64,000 nt of DNA from a virus (lineage: Duplodnaviria > Heunggongvirae > Uroviricota > Caudoviricetes > Herelleviridae), in the IMG/VR virus record IMGVR_UViG_2974542590_000001, positions 27,054 through 91,053 of that record; one strand, written 5' to 3'. Each line of letters opens with the position of its first letter. Within the stretch, counting starts at the first letter, position 1. Below the pieces are notes generated by a model that made no database searches, was not told the DNA's origin, and saw nothing but the letters and a program-made list of their open reading frames with translations. A program made the translations under genes and the position numbers. Shown here in pieces: positions 9,021-18,010 of this stretch.

Positions 9021-10076
9021 CTATAGCATCAGTTTGATTATACCTACACCGTCTGCCTTTACAGAATGGTTCTTAATAATTTCCCAAGCACGCTCTTTAC
9101 CAATACTGTTCGGGTCTTTGTCTGTAGGGCTTATAACAATATAAGTTTCTTTATGTCGTTCATACAAACGCTCTGCAAGTTTTTTTATCTCATTCTTTGC
9201 ATCCTTATCTAGATACACATAAATTGGTTGCTCAGGAGTAACACTCTTAAGTATTAAGTTAATCTGTGCATCTGTAACCTGTTTACCAAATGTACCTACA
9301 CCAGATTCTCCTAAAGTTAGTGCATCAGGAACCCCCTCAGTAATAACTACTTGTGGAGTTTTACATGCAATGTTAAGGTTGAATATAGTATTCTTCTTGG
9401 AGTACTCCCCATCCTTGCTAGGTGCATTAAAGGACTTTATATAGCTATCAGCAATCGCACGTGTATTCCAATACTGATATTGTCCATCGTCACCATGTGT
9501 AAGGAATACTAAATGGTTCTTCAACCTAATCTGTCTTCCTGATGGGAGATTGACTGTGCTATCCAGTACATACCCAATATTGTGTCGGATAATATCATTT
9601 AAAGTAAAACCTCGTTTATGACAGTAAACTAAAAATGGGTAAGCTTCCGGATTGTACAGATTTTGAGATAATAGTTGAAATCCTTGTGGTAAAGGAGGGG
9701 GCGTGAGTTTTTCGTCTTCCTCCTCTTCTACCGTCTTAGGTTTCCCTACAGTATCAAGTAGTAACAATAGATACTCTTCATCCGTTAATGAGTCATCTTT
9801 TGGAATGTAGTTCTTATTCTGGAATCTATAACCATAACCCTCTAGAATCTCTAATGCTTCTTCAAAAGATACACCAAAGTATTCCATTACAAATGATATA
9901 GGGTTACCTTTACGACCACACTTAAAACAAATCCACAGTCCATTCGTATTATCATCACTAACCTTGACATATAATTTATAGTCATGATTTGGTTCACAGA
10001 ACGGGCAGTTATATCGCAATTCATGTTCAATGTCTTTTGGTATGCCTAGTTCATTTGTTAGAAGGTCTGAGAACAT
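9021..10076 (-). CDS. DNA primase (CHC2-like Zn finger plus TOPRIM)
   Basis: CPFC...CFKCG; VVITEGVPDAL; YLDKDA. Confidence 0.92.
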   Translation of the reverse strand: MFSDLLTNELGIPKDIEHELRYNCPFCEPNHDYKLYVKVSDDNTNGLWICFKCGRKGNPISFVMEYFGVSFEEALEILEGYGYRFQNKNYIPKDDSLTDEEYLLLLLDTVGKPKTVEEEEDEKLTPPPLPQGFQLLSQNLYNPEAYPFLVYCHKRGFTLNDIIRHNIGYVLDSTVNLPSGRQIRLKNHLVFLTHGDDGQYQYWNTRAIADSYIKSFNAPSKDGEYSKKNTIFNLNIACKTPQVVITEGVPDALTLGESGVGTFGKQVTDAQINLILKSVTPEQPIYVYLDKDAKNEIKKLAERLYERHKETYIVISPTDKDPNSIGKERAWEIIKNHSVKADGVGIIKLML

Positions 10077-10079
10077 TTC

Positions 10080-10739
10080 CTACACTACTTTCTTCATTAG
10101 ATTTAACATTGTATAAACTTCTCCGAAGTTTGCATATAACTCTTCGACATGTTGGGGTAATAAGCTTAATACATGTGAAGCTTTTCCCTCTCGGTCTAAC
10201 TGCATATATTCTTTAATTTCCTGATGTACTGCCTTCAATTCTTCTGAATCAGGAGCTTCTTTTTCCAAAGTGCCAACTCGAACAATCAAGTCTTTTTCTA
10301 CTTGTTTTTCCTGAACTGTGTACAACATGTCTAAGATGTCCTGTACACGTTCAATACTATTATTTATGTCTTCTAGAGTGTAATTCTCTTTGTTAGGAGT
10401 TACAATGTCATAGTTTTCTGCAAAGCTGAATAACTTTTTATTTTCGTCAGCTACTTCTTGATTATACCAAGTATTTGTAATAAAGCAAGCAGTTTTTGAC
10501 TTTACACGTTTTTTTGTTGGTGGTACATTGTAACGTAACGGAAGTTTACCATTCTCTTCAATCATTACAATGTACATCTTATCTCGTGTCTCACTGTACT
10601 TGTAATCATATCTTGGGCAACATGGGTACCAATCAAACAAAGTATCAAGCGGAAAATCTAAACGTTTCGTATAACCTACATTTGTTGGGACAAGAATAGC
10701 CCCCTCGTTACGCTCTTTATTTACTGAATATAATTTCAT
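10080..10739 (-). CDS. Hypothetical protein
   Basis: ORF between SbcC-like gene and primase, RBS AAGGATGG. Confidence 0.7.
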   Translation of the reverse strand: MKLYSVNKERNEGAILVPTNVGYTKRLDFPLDTLFDWYPCCPRYDYKYSETRDKMYIVMIEENGKLPLRYNVPPTKKRVKSKTACFITNTWYNQEVADENKKLFSFAENYDIVTPNKENYTLEDINNSIERVQDILDMLYTVQEKQVEKDLIVRVGTLEKEAPDSEELKAVHQEIKEYMQLDREGKASHVLSLLPQHVEELYANFGEVYTMLNLMKKVV

Positions 10740-10752
10740 GTAATTACCATCC

Positions 10753-12645
10753 TTATTTCTTTTCAATTAAGAAGGAGCTACCTTCTATTTTTTGCATAGT
10801 AACTACATTTTCGAACAACGGTTTTAGGTTCTCTGAGTGTGTAATAACAAAGATACTGCTAATGTTTTTCTGTCTTTCTTTCAAAATCTTAATCACATTT
10901 TCACAGCCGATAGAATCTAAGCCATCAAAACATTCATCGTATAAGCCTAGGTTCACAGCAATGTTTGCTTTTGATTGTACCAAGTCTTGGATGGCAAAAG
11001 AAATAGCTAAATCAATTCTCTTCTTCTCACCCTCAGAGTTTGCTTGGTAGGTGTCTCCACCAGAACCATTGACTACCTCTAAATCAAACTTATCTTTTAG
11101 ACTTCCGTCTGCATTTTCTGTCTGTGTACTAAATCTAATTTCAATGTCAGAGCCTGACAAAGTAGACAAATAATGGTTAGCTCGTTCGTTTAAGAATGGT
11201 GTTACTAGGTCTAACACTTCCGAACGAATCCCTTTATTTGAGAAGACTTCTACCGATAAAATATGGTATTGTCTTGCTTCTTGTTCTGCTAATTCTTTTC
11301 GTTTAGTAATGTCTTCCATTTCTGCTTTAATACGAGCTTCCGCTTCCGTGTCATATTCTGGTTTCGGAATACCCTCTAAGTGAGCTATGGCTCCTGATAG
11401 ATTAGTTACACTGTTCCGTGTAAGTGCTACAGCATTTTCAGCCGTACGTAAACGATTGTTTAATTCATTAATAGCTGACTGTATATTGCGTTGTTTTGTA
11501 ACAACTTCATTAACTTCTTGCTGTATCCTTGCCTGTTTTTCTTTAGCTTTCTGCTCCAAATCAGAGTAAGCAACAATTGCTGAATCTAATTGTGTAATGA
11601 AAGCTTGTTTCTCCTGAATTTCTTGTTGCAATCGTAACATCTCTTTTTGCCGATGTTCCGCATCTAGAGGTGCACCACATAACTGACAATTTGTAGCTTG
11701 CTCAGTGTTACTCAAATCTACTTGTGCTTTATTAATAGCTTGTTGTGTAGTAGTTTTTGCTTGATTTAACTTAAACAGATTAGCCTGCTGTTCTCGCAAT
11801 TCCTCTGATATTGCAAAGCTATCTTCTGGGACTGCGCAAGCTTCCAACTCTTTAGTTAGTTGTTCAATATTTGGTGTTACTTCTTGTTCCATTTGAGTGA
11901 GCATGTCTTCTGCCTCGGTATATTTTAATCTGGCTTCTTCATACTCTTGTTTTCGAGCAACAATCATTCTTTCTGTATTAGCATATTGCTCTAATGCACT
12001 AGAATAAACTTGTTTTAAAGTTTCTATCTCAGCTACCTTAGTCATGTGCTGTCTACCAAGTTCTTCTACTAAAGCATTAGCTTCTTTTTCTTTTTCTTTT
12101 GCTACATCCTGTGCATATCGGTATACACCAATATCAGCCAGATTTTCTAATATTTGCTTCTTACCTTTATCTGTAGCAGTAGCAAATATTTCTACATTTC
12201 CTTGTCCGTACATGATGCTATTTGCATATGTAAGGTAATCAATTCCGAAGATGTCTAAGATTTTTTTGTCTGTATCGGCTACAGATTTTTGTGTTAAATC
12301 AGTATCTCCTTGAAATAACTTCGTTGTATTTTTAAATTTACTATGTTTACGATAACGTTCAATTCTATATGGAATGCCGTCTTTTTCAAACTCTAAAATA
12401 ACAGACATGTTCTTTTTGACCTGTCTGTTAATTACAGCATCCGCTTTTAAACCACTAGGTGTAGTGCCATATAGTGCATAAGTGACAGTTGAAAGCAACG
12501 TACTTTTACCTGAACCATTACTCTGAAACGTTTCGTTCGTGTCATTAATTCCCTCGATTAAGACAAGCCCTCGATTATCTAAGTCGATAGATACTTCTCC
12601 AATAGAGAGATAGTTCTTTGCGCTTACACGTTTAAACTTTAACAT
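10753..12645 (-). CDS. SbcC/Rad50-like recombination ATPase
   Basis: Walker A NGSGKS, coiled coil with CQLC zinc hook, signature SEGEK, Walker B LYDE, VITHS. Confidence 0.93.
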   Translation of the reverse strand: MLKFKRVSAKNYLSIGEVSIDLDNRGLVLIEGINDTNETFQSNGSGKSTLLSTVTYALYGTTPSGLKADAVINRQVKKNMSVILEFEKDGIPYRIERYRKHSKFKNTTKLFQGDTDLTQKSVADTDKKILDIFGIDYLTYANSIMYGQGNVEIFATATDKGKKQILENLADIGVYRYAQDVAKEKEKEANALVEELGRQHMTKVAEIETLKQVYSSALEQYANTERMIVARKQEYEEARLKYTEAEDMLTQMEQEVTPNIEQLTKELEACAVPEDSFAISEELREQQANLFKLNQAKTTTQQAINKAQVDLSNTEQATNCQLCGAPLDAEHRQKEMLRLQQEIQEKQAFITQLDSAIVAYSDLEQKAKEKQARIQQEVNEVVTKQRNIQSAINELNNRLRTAENAVALTRNSVTNLSGAIAHLEGIPKPEYDTEAEARIKAEMEDITKRKELAEQEARQYHILSVEVFSNKGIRSEVLDLVTPFLNERANHYLSTLSGSDIEIRFSTQTENADGSLKDKFDLEVVNGSGGDTYQANSEGEKKRIDLAISFAIQDLVQSKANIAVNLGLYDECFDGLDSIGCENVIKILKERQKNISSIFVITHSENLKPLFENVVTMQKIEGSSFLIEKK

Positions 12646-12682
12646 TTTTACCTCCTGTAAGTATATGTCTGTTACTAACATA

Positions 12683-12711
12683 AGTATACATTACAAACAC
12701 TTACATGTCAA
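12683..12711 (-). promoter_or_regulatory. sigmaA-like promoter
   Basis: TTGACA-17 nt-TATACT. Confidence 0.8.
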
Positions 12712-12722
12712 GGGTGTATGCC

Positions 12723-12748
12723 AAAAAAGCCCAGAATTTTCTGGGCTT
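12723..12748 (-). terminator. Intrinsic terminator
   Basis: AAGCCCAGAA/TTCTGGGCTT stem then T run. Confidence 0.85.
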
Positions 12749-12763
12749 AAACTAGCTATTTAT

Positions 12764-13804
12764 TTATACCTCTGTTGCAATACGTAAACATTCTAACGCC
12801 TTTTCCTGTAAGTCAGGATACTTCTTATCAGTGAATGCTCGTACAACTTCTTCTGGGGTAGAACCTGCTGTAATCTCAATACGTGGAGGTACATAATAAT
12901 CTTTCTGTACCTTGATACGTAGATTAGACAAGTCGTTGTCTTCTTTGAGCTTTTTAACAGCTTCTGTCTCGGTAACATTACCAACAAACTGAATAAATGC
13001 TCCACTTAAATCTTCTGGTACTGTATCTGCTGTTACAGTCATAAATGGGGTATAGTTTGCTTTGACAAATTCCATACTCCATTCTTTACCATCTAAGGTA
13101 ATATCCATAAAGCCTTTAGCTTGACCTTCATCAGCAAAAGAAGTCTGTAAGGTGTTACCTACGTAAAATACATTAGATAGCCCACCTAAGAATTGTCGTT
13201 TATGATAGTGACCAAGCGTAACAATATCAAAATTATCAGGATACAAGTCAGCTACTTTGAATGCTCCACTAAGTGTATGGGAATACTGTCCAGTAGAAGA
13301 ACCATCAACACCGATATGAGCACAAAGAATATTGATTGTGTTAGGGTCTAGCTTTTTAGCTTCCTCTGCAATCCATTCCTTCATTTCATCTACTTCTTCC
13401 CCGTAACTCACTCCATAAAGCGTGTATTCGTCCCGTACAAGCTTTTCCATTGTAGAGATGACAGTTACATTAGGCAAAGCATTAAACGCCTCTAAGGCGC
13501 TGTCAGAGGTTAAGGCGTTCGTTACCTTATCATGGTTACCACTAACCATAATGATTGGTACATCTGGATATGAGCTAAATACCTCGAACATCATGTTGAA
13601 TATTCTGACATCAATAGAAACCCGTTTATGAAACAGGTCTCCATTAAATAAAACGTCTCCTTTAACCTCACGAGCGTAATTCATTAAGTCTTCGAGAACC
13701 TTTATTTGTTCTTTTGCTCGGTTAGTAACATAAACAGCATCTGGCTTAGAGAAGTCCTTAAAAAAGTGCATATGAAAATCAGAAAAGTTAATAATGTGTT
13801 TCAT
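12764..13804 (-). CDS. SbcD/Mre11-like metallophosphoesterase nuclease
   Basis: SDFH, GDLFH, GNHD, GHYH motifs. Confidence 0.93.
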   Translation of the reverse strand: MKHIINFSDFHMHFFKDFSKPDAVYVTNRAKEQIKVLEDLMNYAREVKGDVLFNGDLFHKRVSIDVRIFNMMFEVFSSYPDVPIIMVSGNHDKVTNALTSDSALEAFNALPNVTVISTMEKLVRDEYTLYGVSYGEEVDEMKEWIAEEAKKLDPNTINILCAHIGVDGSSTGQYSHTLSGAFKVADLYPDNFDIVTLGHYHKRQFLGGLSNVFYVGNTLQTSFADEGQAKGFMDITLDGKEWSMEFVKANYTPFMTVTADTVPEDLSGAFIQFVGNVTETEAVKKLKEDNDLSNLRIKVQKDYYVPPRIEITAGSTPEEVVRAFTDKKYPDLQEKALECLRIATEV

Positions 13805-16338
13805 TATTTTAGACCTCCCGCTAGCTGTGCGTTTAAATTGTTAATTTTACTTTGGGCATCCTTTGGTGTAAAATTGTTTTCCTTCTTGTAGTTGTCCCTA
13901 GCTACTTCCATTGTTTGTTCTAACAAGTTCGCATGAGCCATTCGTTCTTCTTGGGTTTCATCACGAATTGTCATTGTTTCGGGGATAACTTTAAAGTACA
14001 ACATTTTATCATATGCTACACCACTATTATTACGTAACTTATCTACGTAAGCACGAATAAACCCACTTTGGAACTCTTCTGGTGTTTGGTTAAGTGTGAA
14101 GATTAATTCTACCGCATTCATTTTACGTTTTGAACCCTCAATTGCTCCGGCATTCTTCACTTCTTGTCCATAACTAGCACGGTTTAACTGGGATAAAGTC
14201 CAACAAACAAAATCATATTCTTGGGCAATTGAACGAATATCTTCGTATAGTTTACCGCCCGCATCTGACTCTCCATTACCACCACTTGAATGGGGATTCT
14301 TCATCAAATCAGGATAGTCAATAATAACTACGTCAATTTGTTGCCCTTTACGAATCATTACGTCAGAAATCAATTGGGATAGCCCACTAGGAGTTAGCTC
14401 TTGGGGTTTGTATTTACGAATCCATAAGTTCCCCCAGTTTAATTGTTCTTTACCTGCACCGTAAGCTTGTTGAATTTGGTCATATAATTGTTCGTTTAAC
14501 TCCCCATCAACTAGGATACTGTTCTTACTTTGTTGAGATAGAAGTTGTTCAAAACGAACAATCATACGGTCAATTTTTTCCTCTAAAGGAATGTATAACA
14601 CGTTTAAACCTCGTACAACATAATTTCTAGCTTGGTTTACCGCCCAAGTAGTATTATGTGTTGCTACATAGTTTCTAGTTAAAAATAATTTGTTTGGTGA
14701 AGTCACACTAATACATGTCATAGACTCCATTCTATCTGTCTCCACAATACTTACAATAGTTCTTCTTGCCCAAGATTGTCCTTTCTTCCATCGAGCTTCG
14801 TGCTTGCTTGTAGTGTGAATTTTAGGGAAGGTTTCAGTTGTTTTAATAGACACAACCCAACAAAGTTTACCTACACGTTGTTCTCCTTTGTATGTGTACT
14901 TAGGAGAAACTTTTTGGGATACCTTAGCAGTCATCCCTAAACCACTAACAAGTTCTACTACATCGTCTTTCAATTGGTCAGATACCGTATAATATACGTA
15001 AGATGAACCTCGTGTATATCCGTCTGTATCAATTAAACCTGCTAATAAGTCTAATCTCTGCTCTACAGAACCTTTTAAGTATTCCTGTGGAATAAATTTA
15101 GTGTCTGAGTGGACACCTCGTAGACCAAGTTGAGATAGTTTAGCATTAAATGCTTGTGCTTGTAGGTAGTTATCTATACCTGAAACACAATACTCATTAG
15201 GTTTGCTTCCTTTATTTGATAGGTGTACACCGTAAGCTCTCAGTAAATTGTTCACTTTGTCTACTAAGTCCCTCTCACTATTAGTGAATGTAAGGGAACC
15301 AGACTCTACACTAAGTCCGCCATCTCCTAGTAATGCACCAATAAGGTAAGGATGTAAGCTAAAGTGTTTATGTGCATAAGGAACTGCCTGTGCCATAGGA
15401 ATATATATGTTTTGCCCACCGTTAGCCTTAATAGGTACAGTATCAATAATTTCTCGTAATGTTTTGCTTACCCAGTTATCTTTGTTAGAACCGCGCATAG
15501 CTTTTGTTTGATACGTCCAGATATGTTCATCATTACATTCTACAATCGTACCATCAGAGAATCTTACTTGATAGACTTTTTGTTTTCCTTGTGGGAATAC
15601 ACCTGCTACTTGATATATTTTACCATCTGTTCCATATACCTCTGAACCAACAGTTAAATCTTTAATAGCAATGTCCCCTTTAGGTGTTTTTACGGGTTCG
15701 CTATCCACTAATGCTTTACCACCACCTGTAGGTGCAATAACCATACCAACCTCACCACGAGCTAAACCACCATCAGAGATAGCATCAATAGCCATGAAAC
15801 CTGTTGGATATTTGTTTTGTTGTAAATTACGTAGATGTTCTTTTTTCTTATCAATATCAGCAAAGAAATCTAAAAGTTCTGCTCCATGCCCGCCTGTGTC
15901 GATTGTCATGATTCCACGCAAAGACTCCATAAGGCTCTGAATGTTTTGGTCAGAACCTAATGCTCCATCATTCGTTACAGCTTCCATGATAGCTTCACGT
16001 GTTAAAGTCTTACGTACATAGTTCTGAACACTTTCGCTAATTGCTTCCGAATCTGTTTCTGCTTCCTCTAATTTGTAAAGGTCACTTACTAAGTTAAAAG
16101 CAACTTGCTGTGCTTCTAAACTTTTGTTTTGTTTCAACATTTTGTCTTCCACAAGAGTTAACAACGTTTGTTCCTCTAGTGGAGCATCGTGTGTACGATA
16201 ATAAAGATTTAAGGTGGATACAATCATGTCGTATCCATCCTCTTTAAAATCTTCAATTGGTAATCGACTAAAAACATCCTTTGCGAACAAAGGTTCACTA
16301 ATGGCTTTATAAATGGTTTGTTTATGAATTTGACTCAT
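13804..16338 (-). CDS. DnaB-like replicative helicase containing an intein
   Basis: APTGGGK|T Walker A split by insertion; VIIDYPD, LSQLNR; about 490 aa after splicing. Confidence 0.92.
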   Translation of the reverse strand: MSQIHKQTIYKAISEPLFAKDVFSRLPIEDFKEDGYDMIVSTLNLYYRTHDAPLEEQTLLTLVEDKMLKQNKSLEAQQVAFNLVSDLYKLEEAETDSEAISESVQNYVRKTLTREAIMEAVTNDGALGSDQNIQSLMESLRGIMTIDTGGHGAELLDFFADIDKKKEHLRNLQQNKYPTGFMAIDAISDGGLARGEVGMVIAPTGGGKALVDSEPVKTPKGDIAIKDLTVGSEVYGTDGKIYQVAGVFPQGKQKVYQVRFSDGTIVECNDEHIWTYQTKAMRGSNKDNWVSKTLREIIDTVPIKANGGQNIYIPMAQAVPYAHKHFSLHPYLIGALLGDGGLSVESGSLTFTNSERDLVDKVNNLLRAYGVHLSNKGSKPNEYCVSGIDNYLQAQAFNAKLSQLGLRGVHSDTKFIPQEYLKGSVEQRLDLLAGLIDTDGYTRGSSYVYYTVSDQLKDDVVELVSGLGMTAKVSQKVSPKYTYKGEQRVGKLCWVVSIKTTETFPKIHTTSKHEARWKKGQSWARRTIVSIVETDRMESMTCISVTSPNKLFLTRNYVATHNTTWAVNQARNYVVRGLNVLYIPLEEKIDRMIVRFEQLLSQQSKNSILVDGELNEQLYDQIQQAYGAGKEQLNWGNLWIRKYKPQELTPSGLSQLISDVMIRKGQQIDVVIIDYPDLMKNPHSSGGNGESDAGGKLYEDIRSIAQEYDFVCWTLSQLNRASYGQEVKNAGAIEGSKRKMNAVELIFTLNQTPEEFQSGFIRAYVDKLRNNSGVAYDKMLYFKVIPETMTIRDETQEERMAHANLLEQTMEVARDNYKKENNFTPKDAQSKINNLNAQLAGGLK
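14653..15714 (-). mobile_element. Intein (354 aa, Ala-initiated, class 3-like) with LAGLIDADG domain
   Basis: Starts ALVDSEPVKTP, block B NDEHIW, LLGDG and LAGLIDTDG, block F TCISV, ends VATHN/T. Confidence 0.92.
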
Positions 16339-16351
16339 TCTGCTTTTCTCC

Positions 16352-17995
16352 CTACCCCTCGTCAGTCACAACCATACTCATCATGGTTGCATCTTTGTCT
16401 TGAATATATCGGTCTTTAGCTAACTCATCCGAATCAATCAATTTATCGTAGATACGTTCAATATCTAACATACCAAAAGTATCTAACGGAACTTTTTCTT
16501 CACCGAATTTTTGTAAGGCGCTTCCTAGCTTACCTGCCGGAACTCCTAGACCCTTACAATCTGCAATTAATCGCATTGTACTAAAGAAAGTATCATTAGC
16601 ATTGTAAGAGAAGTCAATTGTTCGACCACGTTCCGTGAAACTATCGTATTCATCATCGTTAACATCTGTAACCTTGTACATGTTACCAATATAAGTGTAA
16701 TACATCTCTTTGTCAAGACCTTTTAGGGTCGCAACTGAATTAACAGCGCTAATTTGTAATGGGAAAGCTAAAGCATAGATAGTACTGCTCAATGAGTTCT
16801 TACGTGAATATAGCAATACTTGCTCTTTTAAGAAATCTCTGATTAATTGTTGGTCTTCATCTGCTAAATCACTTTCTGATAAAGCATTTAAAGTAGTGTT
16901 GTAATAACCTAACAAGGTTGCTTGTTTCACTGATTGTTGTGCACCACTAGCTAATTCATCTAATAAGTAGTTGAAATTATCTCTCGTTGTTCTATCTAAT
17001 TCGTACGCAGTACGTAGAGCTACAATAATCTCATATTTAGCCCCTTTATACGGAACAGAACTGCTACTCATACCGAATAAGTTAAAGCTATTACGCATTT
17101 TACGATAAAACATTACATTGTCAGAATAAGCTTTACGAGCTTCTTCACACAGTAGAGTGTTTACATAAGGAATAGCCCCTACACGAGCTTTACCAATGTC
17201 AGCTAAATGCTCTGCACGCTCAAATTGAACAGTTAGATAAGATAATGGGTTAATATTATTCTCATTACAGTACCTAGCTACTTCAACAAATTTGTTGTAC
17301 TGTGGGGTTCCTACAAAACGAGCAGGTAACACGTTGTATGATTTAGCTTTGTTCATACTACGTAAACCTTCCTCTGATTTTTTTGCATCAATATCTTTGA
17401 AGAACTCATGTCTATTCTTTGGGAAAATAACTGCATAAGCATTGTACATTTGTGCAATTAAATACCCTTGGAAATACAAACGAGGTTCTTCGAAATTATC
17501 AAAAAAGTCTCTATCCAAGAAGGTACGTTCAAGTAAGTCGTTTAAGCGTTCTTCAAAGCTTTTTTGCTTTTGTTCTAAAATGCGAGCTTCTGCAATCTCT
17601 AATTTTGTACGGTACCGTCTTTTAGGTTTCGGAGTTGGTGCTTTTGGGAAGACACGTTCACGAATCTCCTTAGCTTCCTTTGTCTCCGAAGTAATCGGGT
17701 TATCAGTTGGTTCAAAATTTAAAATATCAGTATTAAACACGACAACAGTTCCTCCATTTCTACCACGTTTTGCTTCTGTACTAACAAGACCTAACTCTTC
17801 AAGTTGTCCTAGATACCGAGTAACAGTACGTGTGTCACGTCCCATCTCCTCAGCTACAGTTGTCTTGCGTATAGGGGTAGCAAATGTTTCTCCCCATTGC
17901 TGTGCTTTTTTAGCTAATCTTTCAACGAACTCAACAATTCCGTTGCCTAGACTATATTGTGCTCGAATTTCATTTGTTAAGCATTGACTTGTCAT
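16352..17995 (-). CDS. Putative replication initiator / HTH DNA-binding protein
   Basis: N-terminal winged HTH (VAEEMGRDTRTVTRYLGQLEELGLV...RGRNGG); located between the two helicases. Confidence 0.7.
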   Translation of the reverse strand: MTSQCLTNEIRAQYSLGNGIVEFVERLAKKAQQWGETFATPIRKTTVAEEMGRDTRTVTRYLGQLEELGLVSTEAKRGRNGGTVVVFNTDILNFEPTDNPITSETKEAKEIRERVFPKAPTPKPKRRYRTKLEIAEARILEQKQKSFEERLNDLLERTFLDRDFFDNFEEPRLYFQGYLIAQMYNAYAVIFPKNRHEFFKDIDAKKSEEGLRSMNKAKSYNVLPARFVGTPQYNKFVEVARYCNENNINPLSYLTVQFERAEHLADIGKARVGAIPYVNTLLCEEARKAYSDNVMFYRKMRNSFNLFGMSSSSVPYKGAKYEIIVALRTAYELDRTTRDNFNYLLDELASGAQQSVKQATLLGYYNTTLNALSESDLADEDQQLIRDFLKEQVLLYSRKNSLSSTIYALAFPLQISAVNSVATLKGLDKEMYYTYIGNMYKVTDVNDDEYDSFTERGRTIDFSYNANDTFFSTMRLIADCKGLGVPAGKLGSALQKFGEEKVPLDTFGMLDIERIYDKLIDSDELAKDRYIQDKDATMMSMVVTDEG

Positions 17996-18010
17996 CTTGT
18001 ACCTCCTCGT

